Positions 55,204 through 64,000 of a stretch of 64,000 nucleotides of DNA are shown piece after piece. The notes under the pieces were generated by a model. The model ran no database searches, was not told where the DNA came from, and was given only the letters and a program-made list of their open reading frames with translations. Numbering within the stretch: position 1 is the first letter of the stretch; each line of letters begins with the position of its first letter. The stretch is taken from assembly GCA_964016885.1 (NCBI GenBank), contig OZ024743.1:347572001-347636000 (forward strand). Reading direction: 5' to 3'. The translations under genes were made by a program, and so were the position numbers. This DNA is from Eledone cirrhosa. Its lineage: Eukaryota.

Positions 55204-58200
55204 TCTCTCGTGAGAGGGGTCTGTCTGCCCGTTATTTGGCCCTTCGGGGTTAAATAACCGCTTATTGGGGTTTTGCGCCCAATATTTATTTTAAACACCC
55301 TAAAAAATGGCTACAAAAAAGAATTTTCGCAAGTCACTCCCACTCATTCCGTCTTCTTCTTCCCCAATCGTCACTACACCAGAGAAAAGATTGTCTCTCT
55401 CCCTCCCTTCTCTAAATGTGTCTCTCTCCCTCCCTTCTCTTTTGCAAGCGACGCCAGTAAAGAAAAAGAAAAATTTAGTTTCTGATAGTTTCAAGATCAC
55501 GTGCAAAACGTGGAACATTTCTCCCCGACGACGACAACGACGAAAAATGTGTGCGGTAAATACGGGAACCCATTTCATTCGTCTGACGTCATGAATAATA
55601 GCAGTAGCAGCCGTAATAACAGCAGCAGCGGCAACAGTGACACGGAAAACAACAGTAGCAGCCGCAACAGCATCAGCAGCAGCATAAACAACAACAGCAT
55701 TAGCAGCAACAGCAACAACAACAGCAACAGCAGCAACAACAACAACAACCACAGCAACAGCGGCGGCGGCAGTTGTAGTACCAGCAGCAACAACAAAAGT
55801 AACAGCAGCTCTGACGACGACAACAACAACAACAACAACAAAGAAAAACCAATCTCGTTTGCAGGTATCGCAAAGAACCTGGAAACCATCCTTATAACAA
55901 ATGAGGAATTACAGGAAGCAAAGAAGATGGTGACGAAAACCGGACACCGAGAAATCTGCAAGGCAGCCGAAAAATGTTTCGAAGCCCAACAGCACTGTAC
56001 GGTCACGTACCGTACAGTAAGCACAAAATCCCGTAGGGTTGAAAGAGCCACAGAGGCTCAAATACAAAAATCCTTAGGGTCTGGGTGGCAGCGGAAAACA
56101 CATATCACCCGAGGCAAGAAATATGCCACCGTGGACGTGCTTTTTGCCACACCCCAGAAGGCAAAGGCTCAATCCTTAGTGACCCTAAGGAACGAAGAAA
56201 TGGTGTTGGTGTCCTCCTACTGCGGACAAAAAATTGTGAGGAGTAAAATGACCCCCCCCCCCCGAGATGGCCCCTTCTTGGCTGGCCGCGTCTGTCCTCG
56301 TCGGAATCGAGGACAAAACAACTGTTCTGCAAGTACAGAAAAAAGTACGAGAAGATTGGGTCGGCACCTTCATTGAGATGTTAATCCCAACCAACCAGGA
56401 GTGCATCGAAGCTATCCCGGATGTGATAGGCTTCGATAACGGCACTCAACTGCCCATAAGTGTTGAGGGCAAACGCCTGAAATGCTTTCGCTGTGGATCG
56501 AAGACACACCTCAGGGCCTTCTGCAAAGAGAACACCCTAGAAAGGAGGAAAACCGCCCTCCTTCCGAAACCGGCTCCACTACTACCAACAACAGGACAGG
56601 CGGCAACCAGGAAGGATAGGTCCGTGGCACCCATACCCACGCCACGGAATTCAAGAACAGCAGCAGCAGTGGAAGTATTAACAGCAACAACAGCAATACC
56701 AACTGCAGATGCAACAGAGACTCCACTGCAAATATCCCCAACAACAACAAGTGAAAGAGTGGAGCTGGTACCCCTCCCCGAGCTCACAGAATCGGACATG
56801 GAGTGTGAGGTGGAAGAGGGAGATGGCAAAAGGTGGCAAGAAGGCACAAACGCAGAAGCAGCGTTTCGTCGCCTTCGAAAATGGAGGTAAGAAAAGAAAA
56901 AAGGGTAAAGGCTACTGCAAAGAGACTTACAGCAGCAACACCACCAACACCATCACCACCCACACTAGCACCATCATCACCACCGGCGGCAACCCCACCG
57001 CCAACAACAACAACACCTTCAAAACCACCACCACAAACACCAACATCGCAAACACAACAACAAAACACACACACACAGCAACAACGACAAGAAAATAGCA
57101 TAACCACCCCCACCCCCAGAAAAACAAATGCACAGCAATAAATACACACAACAAGAAACTAATGACTTACATAATTGAACACACAGACATTTGACAGCAC
57201 GACTACATAATACCAGCACCAATCAAAACACCAACGAACTGGTAAACATAGCACAGAAAAAATACACAAACATTAAAACGAAATTCCTCAACGCAGTTGG
57301 TGATTTCAGAGACCTAGGAGGGACACTCAACCGGAGAGTATATTCGGATATACTCACAGAAGAGCCGACGACCAGCCGAAGGGGCGATTCAACGGTCCCT
57401 TCACCAGACGATCAAGTGAAAAGGGATGGAGAAACCATCTTTCCCACTCCATTTCAACATGACCTCACTCAGAATAGGCAGCATAAATGCGGGTGGCTTG
57501 GAGTCGTCATGGAAGCAGGGCTACCTGCTCAACGACCTCAGGTCACTAAAGATAAATGTAGTGGCCATCAGCGAGACCAGAATCACCGAAGCACGGACTT
57601 TCGCACCGATCTTCGGCGGCTACGATGAGTACACATCTCCCAGCCGTCCTGGATCGGGGTGTGTGTGTGTGTGGGGGGGGGAGTTGCTGTGCTTTTTCGG
57701 AGAGATTTGGATCTCGCCATACGGGCCATCTTCCTGGACCCAGAAGGTAAGTTAGTGATGCTGGACGTGACCAGCGGAGAAGGGCAAGCTTTCAGGTTAG
57801 TGGCCGTCAATGCCCCGACAGGAGCAGGGCGGCCTGAATCTTCCAAGTCTGGAGACCTTTCTAGGAACGTCCCGCTCTTTATGGTTAGTGAGCGACTGGA
57901 ACGGGATCTTAGATGCACGCTGGGACTGTGGGATTAGCGGATAGGGGAGAAGGGTGCAAGAGCCTCAACAACCTGCTCAGGCGTTTTGAACTGTCTGACA
58001 GGTACCGATTGGATTTCCCGAATGTGCCAATATGGACTTGGACGGGTCCGTCATCTGCTACCGCCTGACCGTCGTACCTTGTCCTAAGCCCCGCCAGACT
58101 GCGCTGGAGCGTTTGCTCTTTCGCTTTTTGTGGAAGGGACGCGCTCAGAAGGTCAGGCGGTCCATCTGTTGTCAACACCCGCTACGTGGAGGGCTGCACA

Positions 58201-59292
58201 TGCCGTGGCTGATGATGCGCAGACACGCCCTCAGGCTACAACATCTCCACCTCTTCCTCGCTGGACGCGTCTTTCCCCAGATCATTTCCTTGACGGAGCT
58301 GCAGTCCTGGGTCAAGCGAAGACCGAGAGGGAGCGCTTGGAGACTGGAATGTCTTCATGGGCTCACAGCCCTCGACCAATCGGGCAATGTCATCGGTGGA
58401 AACTCCACCTTGGCGTTCTATAGAGGATTAGTGGAGGGGAAGAGCGACGACGTACTTTAAGAAACTCTAGGCCTCGACGAAAATCAACTAGCCAATCTCT
58501 TCGGAAGAACTTTCGGGCCGGGGCCTATGGACAACTTCCAGAAATCCCTGGTCTGGCAGTGCTACCGAGGAGCCTTGCCAGTTCGGGATAAACTCTACAG
58601 GCATGAGAGGTGCCGTCAGCCGGGAAGGTCCGAGATGTGCGCAGGGCGACGAAACCGTCCTGCACGCACTCGTCCAGTGTCCGAGCATTGCTGACTTGTG
58701 GGTTTATGTCTAACACCTGCTGTCGCGTGTAGGACGAATCCGGCTATCAGCTGAGTCCATCGTGAGGATTGCCTCGCCCTCTACCTTTAGCCGGGAAGGG
58801 CAGGCAGTTTTTATCTGTCTGGTGGCCATGGCGAAAGAGATAATATGGTGGACACGTTTGAAAAGGCTGAAGACGAGCACTTACCTCTTCGGTGAAGCCC
58901 TGATTGACTTTTTCAAATTTCATTTGAAAAGGAAAATCAGGGTAGAGAGGGAAGTGCTCCCTTCCCAGAATTTTGTTGAAAGATGGGTGAGAGAAGCAAG
59001 AATGGCCCGAGTAAATTGGCCTACTCTGAGTATGTGTCTGTAAATTAAAGGTGGAAAACTGGGAGAAGGCACACGCCCTGGTTGTCAGGGTCACTGTGGT
59101 CTTTTAATGGGCTTTCTCCACGAATGTCCCTCGGAAGTCTCCCCCCTATTATGGAATTTTTTCATTGTTCTATTATTACATCCTGTTTCTTGTTTTTTAC
59201 ACGCAGAAATGCCCATTTGAACCGCCCTGTATTGTCCTATACTGTCCTTAATGTCTACTTTATGTAAACCCTTGTGGTTAATAAAGAAACCA
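55204..59292 (+). mobile_element. Tx1/L1-clade LINE with intact ends but RT deleted
   Basis: ORF1 (frameshifted, ~55307-57450) has the zinc knuckle CFRCGSKTHLRAFC. ORF2 from 57459 reads MTSLRIGSINAGGL..VVAISET. EN joins the post-RT region at ~58045. AATAAA followed by an (ATT)n tail. Confidence 0.88.
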
Positions 59293-59317
59293 TGATTATT
59301 ATTATTATTATTATTAT

Positions 59318-62297
59318 TTGCATTTATCTTGCTTTATGTTCATACGAGTTATCACCAAGTCACATAGTGACCTCAAGAGACAACAAGGTCCGTCATGTTC
59401 AAGAAAGAACATACATATTCACACATGCATCCTTAGTGTTTAGACTTGTGATGTACTTATATTGACAGGATCTTCCTTAGTATATGGGCAGTTCCCATTA
59501 GTACTATCTTTTGTATTTCTCCTATACGCGGGTTTCCTGGGATTTGCGATAAGTAGTCGTTAGACCCCTTAGGTATCATTCCCAGAGCGCCTACAACCAC
59601 TGGTATTGTTTTAGCTCTCAATTTCCACATTTTTCCAATTTCTATCACCAGGTCCTTATACTTGCTCAATTTTTCAAATGTTTTTATAGATACATTCTTG
59701 TCTATTGGAACAGACATATCAATTAGCAGGCATACCCTCCTTTGAAAGTCCTTCAATATTATATCAGGTCTATTTGCATCTATTTTTCGGTCTGTTTGGA
59801 TGCTAAAGTTCCACAAGATTGAGATGTGATCTTTTTCAAGTATGGGAGGTGGTTGATGCTCCCACCAATTCTTTTGATGGGGCAGGTCAACATGCTTACA
59901 CATTATCCAATGTATGTATTGTGCAGCTCTGTCATGCCTGTTTAGGTATTCGGTTGGAGCTATAGGACTGCACATTGAAATGATATGGTCAATGGTCTCT
60001 GGTTGTTTTTTGCATACACGGCATAATGGGTTGCATCCATTTTTTATTACGTTGGCTTGGTAATTTTTTGTTGGCAGATACTGATCTTGTGCTGATATAA
60101 TCAGTCCTTCAGTCTCCGATTTCAGTCCAGAGGATGCCAACCACTGATGGGTTAAAGTTTTGTCAACATCAGGATTGTTAGCTCGCTCTGGGTATTTTCC
60201 ATACAGAGGCTTTTCTTGCCATTTCTTAGCCAGTTTCTGTAGCAGTTCTTTCTTTGTAGTTACTTTTACCTGCTTTGCTTTTTCTGTGTTTTCCATTTCA
60301 GCAGTAAATGGGACTTCTGAAATTTGTAGTCCATTACTGTATCTTTGTGCATCTTTTGTAATGGAATATGATCTTTTGGTGCTTTCGTGTTTCAAAACGA
60401 GTTTGATCATCCAATCATGTGATTCCCTTAGATATGTGGATAATCCAATTGTTGCAGTTTTCAACGCAATGTCTAACTGGATTAACCCACGTCCTCCTTC
60501 TTTCCTAGGGAGATATATTCTATCTATGTCTGCCTTAGGGTGATGCATTCTGTGCATGGTTAAGAATTTTCGGATTTTTGTATCAAGCCTACGGATCGCT
60601 GTGCTTGACCAGTTGATGACATTGTAACTGTAGGTTACTACTGGTATGGCAAGCGTGTTTATGGCATCGATCCTATTCCTTGCATTCAATTTCGTTCTTA
60701 AGATTGCTCTTACTCTGCGGTAACATTCCTTCCTTATCCTTTCCCTCATTGTCGAGTGCTTGATTCCGTCTCCTTCACAAACACTTAGGTATTTGTAAGT
60801 TTTTTCTTGATCAAGCTCTCTTATCACGTTCCCCCGATCAAGATTAATGTCTGAACTCTTCAGCAGCTTTCCTCTGGTGAACGTTGCTTTGGCGCATTTA
60901 TCCAGTCCAAACTCCATTTTAATGTCATCACTGAACTGCTTCACTGTGGATAATAGCCCTTGCAATTGTTCATCATTTTTTGCAAATAGTTTCAGGTCAT
61001 CCATGTAGAACAGGTGATTAATGGTTTTGTCATAGACTCTATATCCATGTTTTGTTTCATTGAGCATTTTACTTAATGGTATAAGTGCGATGCAGAATAA
61101 AAGCGGTGATAAAGAGTCACCCTGAAAAATTCCACAATTAATATTAACTTCTCCAGCTTCCAGTGATTTTGTTTCACTATTCAAAAGGAGTGTCGTTTTC
61201 CATGTCCTCATACTAAATGACAAAAACCTCTTGACAACGGGGGATATTTTGAAAATCTCTAAACATTTTTCAATCCAACTGTGTGGCAAACTATCGAATG
61301 CTTTTTTATAATCTATCCAAGAAATCGATAGATTTTTGTGTCTATTATGACAATCTTCCAGTATCATTTTGTTAACCAGAAGCTGATCCTTACAGCCATA
61401 TGAGCCTCGTTTACACCCTTTCTGCTCAATGGGAAATAGGTCATTTGTTATCAGGTGGTCATATGTGTATTCAGTTGGGACTGATGTTAAAATGTTATAC
61501 ATTGTGGTCAAGCAGGTTATCGGTCTGTAATTTTTTGGGATTGTTTGTCTCATCATTCTTCGGTAGCAGGAATGTAATGCCGTCAACTAGCCATGATGGT
61601 ATCTTTTCTGGCTCCTTAACTATCTCATCGTAAAGTTGGGCTAACAGCTCATGAGACTCTGTGAAGGCATTTATCCAAAAGTTTTGTATTTTGTCTTTTC
61701 CTGGGGATTTCCATTTGCTGGTTTTTCTTAGAGCCAAGCGCAGCTGTTCAACTGTTATATTTTCCCATGCTTGTTCTTCAAGGTGAGCTGTTTCTTTCAT
61801 TTGTCTGTCTATCCATGGGGCATGTATGTTATGAACTTTTTCTTCGGCCCAGATCTTTTCCCAGAATTCTTGCACTTCCTTCTTGGGTGGTATTGATTTA
61901 GCAGTTATTGTTGACTTACCAATTTTTCTGTAGAGTTTTCTTTGGTTGTTTTTTAACATATTATTGTCCTTATAGAATCTAGGTCGTTTTTCAAAGCGCC
62001 TTATACGAGCAGCTTTGGCCGACACTTTTTGCTTGATTGTTTCTATCAGCATGTCTATGTCACATGTTGATCTTATACTGTACTTTTTTTTCAATTTTCT
62101 AAGTTTAGTTTGTTTAACATGTTCACCTACTTTATAGTTTGTTAAAATTTCCATGTCAGATCGGAGAAGGTTTATTTGGCGATTGATGTTATCTGTCCAA
62201 GTACATTTCTTGTGGGAATTCCTTTGTTTTTTCATCTTCACTCCACATAAGTGAGTGGTGACTTTAGCCGATGCATAATAGAGATGATTTAAGTCAG
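59318..62297 (-). mobile_element. Young 5'-truncated R4/Dong-like LINE, copy 1
   Basis: RT + CCHC + restriction-like endonuclease, one frameshift near 61530, flanked by (AAT)n. Confidence 0.93.
59457..61586 (-). CDS. RT-CCHC-RLE polyprotein (C-terminal part; upstream part in ORF 61495-62334)
   Basis: NYRPITCL, WIDYKKAFDS, GIFQGDSLSPLLF, FYMDDLKL, CRVC..ETIDHIISMC, RHD, RPDIILKD..LIDMSVP..KLSKYKDL. Confidence 0.92.
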   Translation of the reverse strand: MTALHSCYRRMMRQTIPKNYRPITCLTTMYNILTSVPTEYTYDHLITNDLFPIEQKGCKRGSYGCKDQLLVNKMILEDCHNRHKNLSISWIDYKKAFDSLPHSWIEKCLEIFKISPVVKRFLSFSMRTWKTTLLLNSETKSLEAGEVNINCGIFQGDSLSPLLFCIALIPLSKMLNETKHGYRVYDKTINHLFYMDDLKLFAKNDEQLQGLLSTVKQFSDDIKMEFGLDKCAKATFTRGKLLKSSDINLDRGNVIRELDQEKTYKYLSVCEGDGIKHSTMRERIRKECYRRVRAILRTKLNARNRIDAINTLAIPVVTYSYNVINWSSTAIRRLDTKIRKFLTMHRMHHPKADIDRIYLPRKEGGRGLIQLDIALKTATIGLSTYLRESHDWMIKLVLKHESTKRSYSITKDAQRYSNGLQISEVPFTAEMENTEKAKQVKVTTKKELLQKLAKKWQEKPLYGKYPERANNPDVDKTLTHQWLASSGLKSETEGLIISAQDQYLPTKNYQANVIKNGCNPLCRVCKKQPETIDHIISMCSPIAPTEYLNRHDRAAQYIHWIMCKHVDLPHQKNWWEHQPPPILEKDHISILWNFSIQTDRKIDANRPDIILKDFQRRVCLLIDMSVPIDKNVSIKTFEKLSKYKDLVIEIGKMWKLRAKTIPVVVGALGMIPKGSNDYLSQIPGNPRIGEIQKIVLMGTAHILRKILSI

Positions 62298-62346
62298 TAA
62301 TAATGATTATTATTATTATTATTATTATTATCATTATTATTATAGT

Positions 62347-63748
62347 TGCATTTATCTTGCTTTATGTTCATACGAGTTATCACCAAGTCACATAGTGACC
62401 TCAAGAGACAACAAGGTCCGCCATGTTCAAGAAAGAACATACATACTCACACATGCATCCTTAGTGTTTAGACTTGTGATGTAGTTATATTAACAGAATC
62501 TTCCTTAGTATATGGGCAGTTCCCATTAGTACTATCTTTTGTATTTCTCCTATACGCGGGTTTCCTGGGATTTGCGATAAGTAATCATTAGACCCCTTAG
62601 GTATCATTTCCAGAGCGCCTACAACCACTGGTATTGTTTTAGTTCTCAATTTCCACATTTTTCCAATTTCTATCTCCAGGTCCTTATACTTGCAAAATTT
62701 TTCAAATGTCTTTATAGACACATTCTTGTCTATTGGAACAGACATATCAATTAGCAGGCATACCCTCTTTTGAAAGTCCTTCAATATTATATCAGCTCTA
62801 TTTGCATCTATTTTTCGGTCTGTTTGGATGCTAAAGTTCCACAAGATTCAGATGTGATCTTTTTCAAGTATGGGAGGTGGTTGATGCTCCCACCTATTCT
62901 TTTGATGGGGCAGGTCAAAATGCTTACACATTATCCAATGTATGTATTGTGCAGCTCTGTCATGCCTGTTTAGGTATTCGGTTGGAGCTATAGGACTGCA
63001 CATTGAAATTATATGGTCAATGGTCTCTGGTTGTTTTTTAGCATACACGGCATAATGGGCTGCACCCATTTTTTATTATGTTGGCTTGGTAATTTTTTGT
63101 TGGCAGACACTGATCTTGTGCCGATATAATCAGTCCTTCAGTCTCCGATTTCAGTCCAGAGGATGCCAACCACTGATGGGTTAAAGTTTTGTCAACATCA
63201 GGATTGTTAGCTCGCTCTGGGTATTTTCCATACAGAGGCTTTTCTTGCCATTTCTTAGTCAGTTTCTGTAGCAGTTCTTTCTTTGCAGTTACTTTTACCT
63301 GCTTTGCTTTTTCTGTGTTTTCCATTTCAGCAGTAAATGAGACTTCTGAAATTTGTAGTCCATTACTGTATCTTTGTGCATCTTTTGTAATGGAATATGA
63401 TCTTTTGATGCTTTCGTGTTTCAAAACGAGTTTGATCATCCAATCATGTGATTCCCTTAGATATGTAGATAATCCAATTGTTGCAGTTTTCAACGCAATG
63501 TCTAACTGGATTAACCCACGTCCTCCTTCTTTCCTAGGGAGATATATTCTATCTATATCTGCCTTAGGGTGATGCATTCTGTGCATGGTTAAGAATTTTC
63601 GAATTTTTGTATCGAGCCTACGGATCTCTGTGCTTGACCAGTTGATGACATTGTAACTGTAGGTTACTACTGGTATGGCAAGCGTGTTTATGGCATCGAT
63701 CCTATTCCTTGCATTCAATTCCGTTCTTAAGATTGCTCTTACTCTGAA
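62347..63748 (-). mobile_element. R4/Dong-like LINE, copy 2 (shorter, frameshifted)
   Basis: Near-identical to 59318-60717, flanked by (AAT)n. Confidence 0.93.
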
Positions 63749-63750
63749 AA

Positions 63751-63786
<36 letters not shown>

Positions 63787-63894
63787 GAATGCCATGGTTG
63801 ACGGAGGCTCGGCTCTGTAAGGTATAGTAATTTTTAACCGTTAAAACAATTGTAAATTGTTTAAAACTTGAACCAAATTGTTGATAAAGACACC

Positions 63895-64000
63895 CTCCTC
63901 CTCGTGAGAGGGGTCTTTCTGTCCGTTATTTGGCCCTTCGGGGTTAAATAACCAGTTATTGGGGTTTTGTACCCAAAATTTCATTTTAAACAAAAAAACA
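63895..64000 (+). mobile_element. 5' end of another Tx1/L1-like copy (runs off the window)
   Basis: Matches 55204-55300: CTCGTGAGAGGG..GTTATTTGGCCCTTCGGGGTTAAATAACC. Confidence 0.8.

Noticed and set aside
55575-56051. Leu-rich antisense ORF resembling a membrane protein
   Set aside because: Reverse frame of the (AAC/AGC)n tract in LINE ORF1

Overview
AT-rich, microsatellite-saturated animal DNA made almost entirely of retroelements. The SINE and LINE families resemble those I recall from octopus/cephalopod genomes (inference). No host gene is supported, and most ORFs in the track are translations of microsatellites. The window holds decayed RTE, Tx1/L1 and R4/Dong-type (RLE) LINEs, two tRNA-derived SINE families, Helitron-like ends and a 200-N gap. 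The main signal is a dense set of Penelope-like element (PLE) remnants embedded in (TA)n: GIY-YIG fragments of Naiad-like and Neptune-like type, an RT core fragment and several fold-back (inverted pLTR) structures. About 14 type-I hammerhead ribozyme cores from several unrelated families were read by eye, several as oppositely oriented pairs inside long palindromes, and one family has a ~116-nt stem II. Other notable points are a PHD finger inside an RTE reverse transcriptase domain and apparent partitioning of retroelement classes among different microsatellites. All folds and family assignments are manual and were not computed.
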